A stretch of DNA of 63,595 nt, filler included, from Octopus bimaculoides (lineage: Eukaryota): NCBI RefSeq assembly GCF_001194135.2. It is 6 parts of 5 records of this genome, joined end to end, with 100 filler letters (N's around TTAATTAATTAA, not from the genome) between each part and the next. Parts side by side here need not be neighbours in the genome. Positions count along the whole stretch, not along the records: positions 37,206 to 45,974 come from NC_068985.1; positions 46,075 to 50,287 come from NC_068985.1; positions 50,388 to 58,304 come from NC_068981.1; 3 more parts are not named here. One strand, given 5' to 3'. Below are positions 42,716-53,089 of the stretch, in pieces. The position numbers were made by a program, and so were the translations under genes. Below the pieces are notes generated by a model that saw only the letters and a program-made list of their open reading frames with translations, had not been told where the DNA came from and ran no database searches. Position 1 is the stretch's first letter. The number at the start of each line of letters is the position of its first letter.

Positions 42716-43079
42716 GGAATCGCAATGGCCCAGTGGTTAAGGCAGTGGACTCGCGGTCGTGGAATCGCGGTTTCGATTCCCAGACCGGGTGTTGTGTGTG
42801 TTTATTGAGTGGAAATACCAAAAGCTCCACGAGGCTCCGGCAGGGGGGGGCGAACCATGCTGTACTCTTTCACCACAACTTTCTCTCACTCTTTCTTCCC
42901 GTTTCTGTTGCACCTGTATTCCGAAGGGCCAGCCTTATCACACTCTGTGTCATACTCAATCTCCCCGAGAACTACGTGTCTGTGGTGTGCTCAGCCACTT
43001 GCATGTTAATTTCACGAGCAGGCTGTTCCGTTGATAAGATCAACTGGAACCCTCGTCGTTGTAATCGACGAAGGGCCAC
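42716..43079 (+). mobile_element. SINE family A
   Basis: ggaatcgcaatggcccagtggttaaggcagtggactcgcgg...ggtttcgattcccagaccgg; collinear with the other A copies. Confidence 0.92.
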
Positions 43080-43365
43080 TCCTTATGCAGAGTCTGACCA
43101 TCTCGTTTCCCTACATCTTAGATCCATCATGGCGTCTGATGTGGCTTTTTAAATCAGACAATGTTTTGAAAAGACACCCACATAGATTGCATATCTGATT
43201 TGGAGCACCAAGAACTGCAGATAAGTTCCGATCTTTGTGGATCTTAAAATGTCTTTTGAGGCCTCCGTTAGATTTGCAGACCTTATGGCATACATTGCAT
43301 TGAAAGGTGTGCACTGATATATAGGCAGAATACTTGGTGGGAGTTCGTTTTTCACGGGTCCGCAA
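43075..43365 (-). mobile_element. 3' end of an RTE-type LINE encoding two C2H2-like fingers
   Basis: Open minus frame FQCNVCHKVCKSNGGLKRHFKIH...ICNLCGCLFKTLSDLKSHIRRH-stop, then a short 3' UTR (ggtcagactctgcataaggagtggcc). The 5' side is truncated at a microsatellite, with no start or acceptor. RTE ORFs commonly end in Cx2C-x12-Hx3H motifs. Confidence 0.6.
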
Positions 43366-43401
43366 ATGTACACGCACACACACACACACACACATATATA
43401 T

Positions 43402-43435
<34 letters not shown>

Positions 43436-43752
43436 AGACAGACAGACAGAAAGAGAGAGAAAACTGTGACGTGGCTAAAGTGCGTTGATTTAATGTTACT
43501 ATGAAGCATGCAAAATGGCAACTGAATCATAATAGAAGCGTTATAATTATAACATACGCGGTTTAATAGATGGTTTCACTCATTGGTTACACATGGATTC
43601 ACACACGGCTTAAGACACTGTGTAACATTTTGGCTTTTACACATTTTTCCAGACCGAGCGGATATCACACAGAGTCTGAGACCAATCTTCACTGAGATTT
43701 CAGGAAAATAGATGCCTGACTTTGTGTGTGTGTGGGTATGTGTGTGTGTGCG

Positions 43753-43794
<42 letters not shown>

Positions 43795-43917
43795 TGAGTA
43801 TGTGTGATTTTTTGGGGGGTTTTTTTGGTATTTTTGGTTAATAATTTGCTTCAATCTACACCTTCCATGATTTCGTTCAGGTATCCCTGCCGATAATGGT
43901 GAGGACCTTTGTGGCTA

Positions 43918-43921
43918 AACC

Positions 43922-43966
<45 letters not shown>

Positions 43967-44000
43967 CATGTCTGTCTATCTCTCCCTCTCTCGCTTTCAC

Positions 44001-44081
<81 letters not shown>

Positions 44082-44168
44082 CTATGTATCTATTTTTGAC
44101 ATATAAAAAGCCAACTTACTTGCGAGCCGATGCGACTAGCATCCGTCCAGATCAGAGATAGATAGATG

Positions 44169-44210
<42 letters not shown>

Positions 44211-44300
44211 GAGGTAGATAGATAGATAGATCACACACAGAGAAAGACACACACACACACATACACACACACACACACATATATATATATAAGTATAGAT
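43918..44300. repeat. (ATCT)n/(TC)n/(ATAG)n/(CA)n microsatellite cluster
   Basis: Directly visible. Confidence 0.9.
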
Positions 44301-44625
44301 GCAAATACACGTACACAAAACGAGGGTTCAACCGTAAGTAATGCAAAAGTGGTCATAATATTTATTAATGGATATAGTTGGCTCAAACTGCGCATAATGG
44401 TAAAATAACACTTCCTCACTCCTTCCTATTCTTCCTATCCTTCTTCATTGCAGAGAAATAATAGGTTCCAAGCAAAAGCATCGTACCATCATTCCGTTCA
44501 TGACGAAGGTCTGTGAAGCAGCCTGTCCAACATTCACAGAAGGCTACAGGTTGATTACGGAGATGACACCATTGAGAAGCGCAATGTAGATATATATTGA
44601 TAAAGAAGGTTACTAAATATTTAGT

Positions 44626-45010
44626 GGAGGCGCAATGGCCCAGTGGTTAGGGCAGCGGACTCGCGGTCATAGGATCTCGGTTTCGATTCCCAGACCGGGC
44701 GTTGTGAGTATTTATTGAGCGAAAACACCTAAAGCTCCACGAGGCTCCGGCAGGGGATGGTGGCGAACCCTGCTGTACTCTTTCGCCACAACTTTCTCTC
44801 ACTCTAATTTCCTGTTTCTGCTGTACCTGTAATTCAAAGGGTCAGCCTTGTCACACTGTGTCATGCTGAATATCCCCGAGAACTACGTTAAGGGTACACG
44901 TGTCTGTGGAGTGCTCAGCCACTTGCACGTTAATTTCGCGAGCAGGCTGTTCCGTTGATCGGATCAACTGGAACGCTCGACGTTGTAAGCGACGGAGTGC
45001 CAACAAAAAA
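44626..45010 (+). mobile_element. SINE family A, best-preserved copy
   Basis: ggaggcgcaatggcccagtggttagggcagcggactcgcggtcataggatctcggtttcgattcccagacc (tRNA-like head), ending gacggagtgccaacaaaaaa. Confidence 0.95.
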
Positions 45011-45029
45011 CTAATAGCGAATCGCGCAG

Positions 45030-45380
45030 ACTCTCCTTTCAACAATCACTTCCCTAATTCATCTAACACGAGTGAAAACCACATTTTACTAAGTGTTTCA
45101 AACGTATGTGAAACTGCCGTCCGCATTACTAATATACATAATGATTGCCTCATCTTGTCAGTTGATAGCCGTCCAATTTTCAGTGATATGATAGTAAGAA
45201 TCTGTAAATCATTGGATTTAAGAGTCAAAAGCTTGTACACAATTTTGCCACTCTCTCTGCCCATTGCCAAGCTTTGCAAGACGACAGACAATATTTTCAC
45301 TGCAGTTTTTATGCCGGAGTACCATTCTCCTGGAACAGCTGCCTTACCCACAAATTTGTAGAAAATAACGGGAGCCTTCG
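45030..45380 (-). mobile_element. Possible decayed RTE RT remnant
   Basis: QAFDS (KAFDS-like) and ADGSFTY in one frame, preceded by GEWYSGIKTAVKILSVVLQSLAMGRE at the position of the EQAGFR..DQIF.LR.I.EK.RE segment. Confidence 0.3.
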
Positions 45381-45530
45381 TACCCCCTGGGAAAGCTATT
45401 TCATCCATAGATTGTACCCTGACGGGAACTACCATTCCAGGTCAGAACAGATCTCAGAATAATTAAGAGTACAACTCCAGAACACTCGAACTAGACCCTC
45501 ATCATGGAATGTAGTTAAATGTCATAACCA

Positions 45531-45587
<57 letters not shown>

Positions 45588-45916
45588 CGTGTGTGTGTGT
45601 GTGTGTGTGCGTGTGTATAGTGACTCACACGCTTACTTAGCTGTGCGTATTTTTTAAGTTTCGTGGACGTCTGAGGAGATGGACGCTTTTTCACGTCCCC
45701 GAAACTTTAAGTAATAGGAAGGGATAAGTTACCCAGTCAAATAAGAAATAGAACTCCTGCAATATGTGTTGAGTGCTACTTCCGTTCACTCACACGTACA
45801 TATATTCACACACACACACGCACACACATTTGTCTACATATTTCAGCGTGGATGCGAAAGAATTGACATGTCTACGTACGTATACAAAGAAGCACAAACA
45901 CACACACACACACACA

Positions 45917-45974
<58 letters not shown>

Positions 45975-46074
45975 NNNNNNNNNNNNNNNNNNNNNNNNNN
46001 NNNNNNNNNNNNNNNNNNTTAATTAATTAANNNNNNNNNNNNNNNNNNNNNNNNNNNNNNNNNNNNNNNNNNNN
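45975..46074. other. Artificial 100-bp assembly spacer N44-TTAATTAATTAA-N44
   Basis: 12-mer at 46019-46030. Confidence 0.95.
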
Positions 46075-46425
46075 TAGACTCCCAGGGAAAGACAATTGGA
46101 GCTAAACAACAATAACTGTAATAGTAACAACAATAACCACAAAAACCACAGTCAATGCTGCTGCTGCTACTGGTGCTACCCCCACTATTTTAGGTAAGGA
46201 AGAACTCCAGTAATTCACTTTCAAAATCAACAAATACTAAATCTAAAAACGACCGTTAAAAGGCTTTGGCTTTTTGTCATAAAACAGATGAAGGATAACA
46301 AGTCTGTGGATAGGATGCTTGTCTGTTTCAACTCACATTAACAGAGGATCTACTAACTTATTTCCAGTAGCTACACAAACTCAATATGCTGCCTCGTATA
46401 GAATAAATAAATAGTGAGAACTAAC

Positions 46426-46459
46426 CTTGTGACCTTCAAAATGTTTTTTGGCTAGAGAT
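46426..46459 (-). CDS. Candidate 34-nt coding exon (phase 2 to 0), peptide -SLAKKHFEGHK-
   Basis: Acceptor gttcttttctttcttttgcAG and donor AAG|GTTAGT. Only one frame is open. FEGHK resembles the GH dipeptide that opens a WD40 repeat (inference). Confidence 0.55.
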
Positions 46460-46634
46460 CTGCAAAAGAAAGAAAAGAACACATATAATGACTATCATCA
46501 TCAACATCATGATCATCATCATTTTTATGTCTCTAGACAAAGAAAAACATCATAAGATGATAACTTTTTGTACAACTTCATCTTGAGACATGAATTCTCT
46601 TTTAATATTGGAATCTACATTTGGACTTCATTTC

Positions 46635-46774
46635 AGTTGGTACTTATTTTATCAACCCTGAAAAGAAGGAAAGCAAAAGTGACCTTGGTGAGATATAAAC
46701 TCAGAATGTGAAGATGGACAAAATGCCACTAAGCACTTTGCCTGGCATAGCAACAATTCTGCAAGCTCACCACC
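46635..46774 (-). mobile_element. SINE family D copy with CpG-to-TpG/CpA decay
   Basis: Reverse complement ggtggtgagcttgcagaattgttgctatgccaggcaaagtgcttagtggcattttgtccatc vs ggcggcgagctggcagaatcgttagcacgccgggc...agcggcatttcgtc at 52598. Confidence 0.85.
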
Positions 46775-46913
46775 ATAGCAAACACAGAAATATCGATCTG
46801 ATGTTACTACTGGCCTTACTAATTGCATTATTGGTAAGACATATATGTCCTGATTCTTTGACAGCCAAAGAAACACAGAAATACAGAACACATGTTACTG
46901 TGGACCTGCTTAC

Positions 46914-46982
46914 TTCAGTAGAGTGTTTAAGTACTCAATAATGAGGCCAGACTGGAGTTTATATTCTGGTGGTCCTTGTGGT
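46914..46982 (-). CDS. Possible 69-nt symmetric (phase 2-2) exon PQGPPEYKLQSGLIIEYLNTLL
   Basis: Acceptor ccatttAG and donor GAA|GTAAGC. One frame is open, and it is phase-compatible with both flanking candidate exons. Confidence 0.3.
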
Positions 46983-47149
46983 CTAAATGGACACCATACA
47001 GATTAAAGAACCAGAGCTTCATGGAAGTCATAACCTTCATGAAAGAGGATCATACCCTCAACAGGTCTGAGGTGTAGAATTCCATTTAGGGCATTTGCTT
47101 GCTTATTTCCATATGCATAACAATTTGTCTCTTTGTTAAATTCCTCTCT

Positions 47150-47485
47150 CTCAAAAGAAGAGCATTCTTTGAGCTGGAAGAGAATAGATTAAGGATCTTC
47201 TCAATCTAATCGGGATAAGATTTTGTGGTTGACATGAGATGCATCTTGGGCCAAAAACTAACCTCACAGAGGCTGAAGTCATATAGGTGATTAAAGCACT
47301 CAAATGTCACAAGACAGATGAAGTGGATGAAATTTCACCTGAGATGTTAAGAAAATTAAAAAGAGAAGGTATTCTCTGGTTGATTTGTGTATAGCATGGA
47401 CTTCTGAAAGGACACCAAAACAATGGCAGTCTGGGGTGATGATCCCAATTTTGAAAAAGGGAGGGAAAACTGAAGGAAACAAATG
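47150..47485 (+). mobile_element. RTE-clade LINE fragment (region preceding and entering RT)
   Basis: EDLLN-like gaggatcttctcaatc, then LTEAEVI*VIKALK...VDEISPEMLRKL..EGILWL...AWTSERTPKQWQSGVMIPILKKG. Confidence 0.8.
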
Positions 47486-47499
47486 TTTGGACTAGGAAT

Positions 47500-47767
47500 T
47501 CCTTGCTTTGTATATATGTTATCCCTCATGCTGAACCTCAATCTAGGTTATGGGGATGTAAACACACCAACATAAACACACACACATAAATATATACATA
47601 TTTACATCTGACAGGCTTCTTTTAGTTTCCGTTTACAAAATTCACTCGCAAGGCTTTGGTTTGTCCAAAGCCATTGTAGAGGACGCTAGTAAGGTGCCAC
47701 ACAGCAGGACTGAACCAGAAACATGTTGTTGGGAAGCAAGCTTCTTACCACACAACCACGCCTGTGC
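47500..47767 (-). mobile_element. SINE family B head + short microsatellite + partial family C tail
   Basis: Head 47609-47767 (aagcaagcttcttaccacacaaccacgcct); tail motif ggttatggggatgtaaacacaccaac at about 47546-47572. Confidence 0.8.
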
Positions 47768-47891
47768 AGTCAAGTAAAAAAAAAAAAGAGATAGAGGTAG
47801 AGGGTATACAGAGGGTGGGGCTACTGGACAGCAATGATGTGAGGAAACAGGGCTCTGAAGACAGGATTGGGAGTGAGAGGTAAGCATAGTG

Positions 47892-49348
47892 CATCATCAT
47901 CATCATCATTTAACATCTGCCTTCTATGCTGGTATGGGTAGAACAGTTCGACAGGAACCAATCAGGCAGAAGCCTGTACCAGACTTCTGTGACTGTCTTA
48001 GCAGGATTTTTACAGCTGGATGCACTTCCTAACACTAACCAATCAGCAAAGTGAACTTAGTGCATTTTATGTGGCCAAGCAGAGGTGAGGTTAGTTTTGG
48101 CTAGGATACCCTTCCAAATGCCAAGAACTTTACAGTATGGAGTGGATGATTTTTAAGTGGCACCTGCACTGACAGGGTCACCAAGTACTTTGCATTGGAG
48201 GAGGTGATCTTGTGTCAGATTATGAAGGTTATTATAGTGAGACAGAGATAGGCACAGGATTCTTGCTGTAAAGGAGGTACAAGTTTACCAAGGCAGGGGG
48301 AGAGAGAGAGAGAGGATCAGAAATGAAGATAGAAAGAGGTGTGCCGCTGCAAGGGAGATATATGGTTACCAAACCTAAGGGAAGTGCAGGAAAAAGAGAG
48401 AGAGAGTGAGTAACAGCAGGAAAGAGAAGGTGATAAAGTGCCAGGCATACTCACAAGGGATAGGGATCATAATATAAATGGGTTAGTCAAGTAGAAGCGG
48501 AGAGAGATAGAGATGGTGGCAAGTGCCAGGGCATACCTTTGAGGTTCAAAGGTCATAATATAAGTGGCAAGATATCACTAAAGAAGCATGTTTAAAGAGT
48601 GGAAAAGGAGAAGTGAGAGGTGAAAACCTGGGTATATATAGAGTGTGGAGGAGAGACCAGATAGCAATGATACAGAGAAACAGGACCATGAGGACAGAGT
48701 TGGGGAATGAGAGGTAGGCATAGTGCATGAAGGAGGAAATGTGAGGAAGAGAAGAAAGGTAGATTGACTTGTTAAAGTAGGGTGTGAGAAATGTTTTCTT
48801 GTTACACAGTGCTTCAAGATCTCAGTTTTGTAGACATGAGTAGGTCTTCTCAAGAACATCACATCACCAAACATTTCGGTCCATTGTCATTTCTTCTGTG
48901 AAGCCCAACATTCTCAGATCCATCCTTACCCCTTCATCCCATGTCTTCCTGGGTCTTCCTACTCTGCAGGTACCATCCGTTCAGTAACTAACACTTCCTT
49001 ATGCAGCTNNNNNNNNNNNNNNNNNNNNNNNNNNNNNNNNNNNNNNNNNNNNNNNNNNNNNNNNNNNNNNNNNNNNNNNNNNNNNNNNNNNNNNNNNNNN
49101 NNNNNNNNNNNNNNNNNNNNNNNNNNNNNNNNNNNNNNNNNNNNNNNNNNNNNNNNNNNNNNNNNNNNNNNNNNNNNNNNNNNNNNNNNNNNNNNNNNNN
49201 NNNNNNNNNNNNNNNNNNNNNNNNNNNNNNNNNNNNNNNNNNNNNNNNNNNNNNNNNNNNNNNNNNNNNNNNNNNNNNNNNNNNNNNNNNNNNNNNNNNN
49301 NNNNNGTCTCAATAACATGGTGTATAACCATTCACACACAAGCATCAT
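47892..49348 (-). mobile_element. RTE-clade LINE 3' portion with long 3' UTR and (ATG)n tail, spanning gap 49009-49305
   Basis: Minus strand YDACV..VIHHVIET (LYDACVRTAMLHGSETW-like) before the gap and DGTCRVGRPRKTWDEGVRMDLRMLGFTEEMTMDRNVW after it. Ends in (cat)n on the plus strand. Confidence 0.8.
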
Positions 49349-49449
49349 ACAACCTACCTTTCACTCTGAGAGAGAGACCTTTTATTGTGAAAACAGGTAA
49401 TAGCTCTCTCAATTTTCTCCATCCTATTCTTATTGTAGAATAGTTTCAA

Positions 49450-49653
49450 ATCCTGGCACAAGGCCAGCGACTTCAGGAGAGAGCTAAGTCAATTACATTG
49501 CCCCCAACTGCTCAGTTTTTACTTATTCTATCAAACGTGAAAGGATGAAAGTTAAAGTCAACCTCAACAGAATTTGAACTCAGAATGTAGAGATGGACAA
49601 AATGCCACTAAGCAATATGCCTGTTGGGCTAACAATTCTGTCAGCACACCACC
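49450..49653 (-). mobile_element. SINE family D copy with CpG decay
   Basis: Reverse complement ggtggtgtgctgacagaattgttagc...tgcttagtggcattttgtccatc...aaattctgttgaggttgacttt; consensus CpGs are replaced by TpG. Confidence 0.85.
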
Positions 49654-49657
49654 TTAT

Positions 49658-49732
<75 letters not shown>

Positions 49733-49854
49733 TGTGTGTATGTATGCATGCATATATATATATCATTATATTGTGACCACAGTTATACATTACAATCTCC
49801 TCATTTCAATAAAGTAAAAATCCAATTTAAACAAAATGTAATAAAGATATTTAC

Positions 49855-49913
49855 TTAGCCCTGTTTTTGTCAACATCTCCACTGTCCAGATCATTCAAGA
49901 AATCTCCGTAATT
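49855..49913 (-). CDS. Candidate 59-nt coding exon (phase 0 to 2), peptide NYGDFLNDLDSGDVDKNRA(K)
   Basis: Acceptor ctttcattttgaatatttatAG and donor TAA|GTAAAT. Only one frame is open. The end phase matches the 46426-46459 exon (AA+A = Lys). Confidence 0.55.
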
Positions 49914-49992
49914 CTATAAATATTCAAAATGAAAGCATATGTTTAGACTTTATAATAAAATTAATGATCTAACATCAGTAGTTCTATTTTAC

Positions 49993-50157
49993 CATGTAAT
50001 TGACTCTCCAATCAAACTGGATATTGCCTGACTTCCTGAAGCAATTGGTTGTTTTGCTTCTCTACATCCACAGCAACATCAAATTTCAGATGTTTGATTC
50101 AAAAACAGACGGAAACATTGGAATAATTCCAGAACAATTCTTTCAACCAACTTTGTA
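49993..50157 (-). other. Candidate 165-nt exon upstream of the NYGDF exon (5' UTR ending in ATG, or a shorter coding exon 49993-50061 RSKTTNCFRKSGNIQFDWRVNYM)
   Basis: Strong acceptor tttaattttcctacAG at 50158 and donor ATG|GTAAAA, followed by a 79-nt AT-rich GT-AG intron (49914-49992). At full length it has stops in all three frames. Confidence 0.35.
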
Positions 50158-50287
50158 CTGTAGGAAAATTAAAGTAATAATTTCTAAACAAAGCACAAGA
50201 TCACACATTTTGTAGGAGTCTAGTTATTTGGCCACAGAACTCAACTAATAAAGGAATGTGGTTTACTACTTAGGGTTTTAACTTAAT

Positions 50288-50387
50288 NNNNNNNNNNNNN
50301 NNNNNNNNNNNNNNNNNNNNNNNNNNNNNNNTTAATTAATTAANNNNNNNNNNNNNNNNNNNNNNNNNNNNNNNNNNNNNNNNNNNN
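50288..50387. other. Artificial 100-bp assembly spacer N44-TTAATTAATTAA-N44
   Basis: 12-mer at 50332-50343. Confidence 0.95.
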
Positions 50388-50829
50388 AAAAAAAAAAAAA
50401 AAAAAGCGTGGGGAAACCCCGACAAAAACGGAGAAATTCAAACAGTTATTTCCGAAAATCTGTTTTTCCATTTTCCAGTAAGAGTAAGTGGGGCACTATG
50501 ATTATTTTTAGTGAATTTTTGACTTTGAAGAAAATGTATTTGTTACAAACGTTCACTACCTTGCCAAAACTTTATCAGTGAAGTAAAGACCTTCTCTAAA
50601 CGCAATAAAACCTATAACATAATCAGAACACTATTTCAGAAAATTATCACCGTTCTCTTTGAGCATATAAAAGATGAATTTAGGCAGTGTGTAAAAAGGG
50701 AAAGAACCGTCATCTGCAATTTTGATGAAATTCGAATCATAGGTATTCCAGTTCATTAGAGAAAATATAACAGAAAATTCTAATTCTTCAATTGCATGTA
50801 ACACGGGCAACGCCGGGTATGTCTGCTAG
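50388..50829 (+). mobile_element. 3' end of a non-autonomous Helitron-like element
   Basis: A short GC-rich hairpin (cgggcaacgccggg, 50804-50817) is followed 8 nt later by CTAG|T (50826-50830), the canonical Helitron 3' terminus. The left boundary is lost in the spacer. Confidence 0.55.
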
Positions 50830-50834
50830 TATAT

Positions 50835-50907
<73 letters not shown>

Positions 50908-50939
50908 CAAAATATATGTATATTATATATATGTATGTC

Positions 50940-51264
50940 TGTATGTGAGATAATAGTTTCACTTTAATAGTTTCAGTATTAAAGTGAAACTATTAAAGTG
51001 AAAATATCTGACATTACAATAGAGAGATGGTATTGTTTCACTTTTGACACGTAATACTGTAATAGTGGAGGTGATATGATATTGCTGCGGGCTCGCACTA
51101 CGCAAGAAGTGAAAAATTCTTTTGGCCTACGACACTACATGGACCCTAAGTAAGGCAGGTGTAAAATTTGTATGAAATTAGTTGTGTAGTTCTCAAATTT
51201 TAGGGATTCACACAGACACAGACAGACACACACACACACACATTCTCATCTTTATATATATAGA
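50940..51264 (-). mobile_element. 5' part of a non-autonomous Helitron-like element
   Basis: The minus strand begins A|TCtatatatataaagatgagaatgtgtgtg (A|TC 5' terminus followed by a short microsatellite). It contains a 19-bp perfect inverted repeat. Confidence 0.5.
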
Positions 51265-51799
51265 TTAAAATTGATACACCCTGATATATAAGCGATATAC
51301 ATGTAGTGTGTTTGAGAGTATGCAAATGTGTCCTTGCTTGCAAATTTGCACTTATGAAATAAGGTCATGCATTGTTTAACTAAGCCATAAATGTCGGAGA
51401 TACTTGGCAGTATTTGCCAAGTTATTGTACAGAGAAAAAGAGGGAAAGCAACACAGCAACGATGCCAACAGTAACTATTAAATATATATATATATAGCCC
51501 AGTTTACTAAACTAAATTAATCTAGATTAGTCTGTTATACCTTTTGAAAAGTCCGATGATTTTTGTGTATTTTTTTTTAAACATTTTTATTTACTTTTAT
51601 TGGGATGGAAAACAGGTATCTTGATGTGCAAGTATTGTTACTGAAGTGAAGTCAAATGATTCGAAACACAGGGATCAAATCATGGTTATGAAAATTTACT
51701 GAAAGAGTTATATTAAGCTGATTAGGAGGAGAGACTAGATGAGATGAAGTGTGGTTTTTTTTTACTAGAAAGAAGTACTACTAATGTCCTTTACCAAGT

Positions 51800-52125
51800 A
51801 AGCCAACTTCAAGGAGTACTTAGCTAGGTGTATAGCGCTGCACTAGCATTCGTCAATCTGGGGAAAGCCTATTAATTTCGTTTTCCCTAAAACAGATGAA
51901 TTCTATTGAGGACTGCGAAAGCCATGTACAAAGGTGCAGTTAGTAAATTGAGAGTAAGCGATGAATTTATTATGTTGACAGATGTCCCAGTCTCCTTTTG
52001 CTATTATAGTACTGTTAAAGACGGGCTGTCTGAGGAGACTCCTATATGCTGATGACCTAGCTCTTACAGTTGAATCTGTAGTAGATTAGATAGGAATTCC
52101 AGATATGGAAGCAAAACCGAGATTC
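51800..52125 (+). mobile_element. RTE-clade LINE RT remnant with internal deletions
   Basis: AFVNLGKAY, KAMYKGAVSKLRVSDEF and KTGCLRRLLYADDLALTVES (YADD catalytic motif) occur in order. Confidence 0.85.
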
Positions 52126-52395
52126 GACAAAACCGCCGCTTTCAAAGTTAGTCATTATATTACCACATAACTATTTGTAATTCAATTTTTGATGCTCGCT
52201 ATATTAAGCACCATAATACTAACCTAAATACCGTTTTTCATATGAATGACAGATATAAAAAGTTTATTTAAAAAAATGATGTAACGTGTGTGTTTGCCGT
52301 TGTAAGGTAAGAAGTAGGTTACCGCCCGACTTGTGCTGGCCGTTGACTTCCCATTAACAATTAACACCATTTCCCTCCAATTAGTAACTAAATAA

Positions 52396-52603
52396 GTGTT
52401 TCAATTTTTGACTCTAGGTCAGAAACTTCGGGTGATGGGGCGAGTCGATTACATATTTTATCGACTGGTACATATTTATCCCCGAAAGGATGAAAGATAA
52501 AGTCGACTTCGGCGGAATCTGAATTCAGAACATAAAGACAGACGAAATGCCGCTGAACATTTTGCCCGGCGTGCTAACGATTCTGCCAGCTCGCCGCCTT
52601 AGG
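52396..52603 (-). mobile_element. SINE family D, near-intact, with 12-bp target-site duplication
   Basis: TSD gtaactaaataa at 52384-52395 and 52604-52615. CpGs are retained. Confidence 0.92.
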
Positions 52604-53089
52604 GTAACTAAATAATGATGAAAGATATTGCTTTTATTCGATCATATATTTCACTTATAATAGCAGTTCTCGACAATTTTTTGTATCTATTGACTTATTT
52701 GATTACTATTTTATTCTGATGGATCCCTATATTTAAACATGCAATGTTTAGAAGCAAGTTACTTCTTTTAAAATTTCTATTTTGCTTTTCACACGCTCAC
52801 TTGTGCAGGTTTGCAGTAGTACTCTCTGAAAGAACATGTTTCTGGCAACAGAAACTTGTTAAACTATCTGGTCACAGTCTTATGAAGAATCTTTAGTCGA
52901 ATGAAAGGACCCCCAGTCTAATGAAGGACTTTTAGTCGAATGAAAGGACCCCAGTATCTTTTTTAATCTGGTACTTATTCTATCGGTCTCTTTTGCCAAA
53001 CCGCTGGATTACGGGGACGTAAACACACCAACACCAGCTGTCAAGCGGTTGAGAGGGTGCAAACAGACGGCGTTTTATCGTGTGTCCGA

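Noticed and set aside
44626-44700. tRNA-like sequences at SINE heads
   Set aside because: They lack a complete cloverleaf/acceptor stem and continue into SINE bodies, so they are not tRNA genes.
49993-50157. Idea that two in-frame TGA codons in the QSWLKELFW... frame are recoded to Trp by A-to-I editing
   Set aside because: That frame ends in phase 1, whereas the next exon needs phase 0, and there is no evidence of editing.
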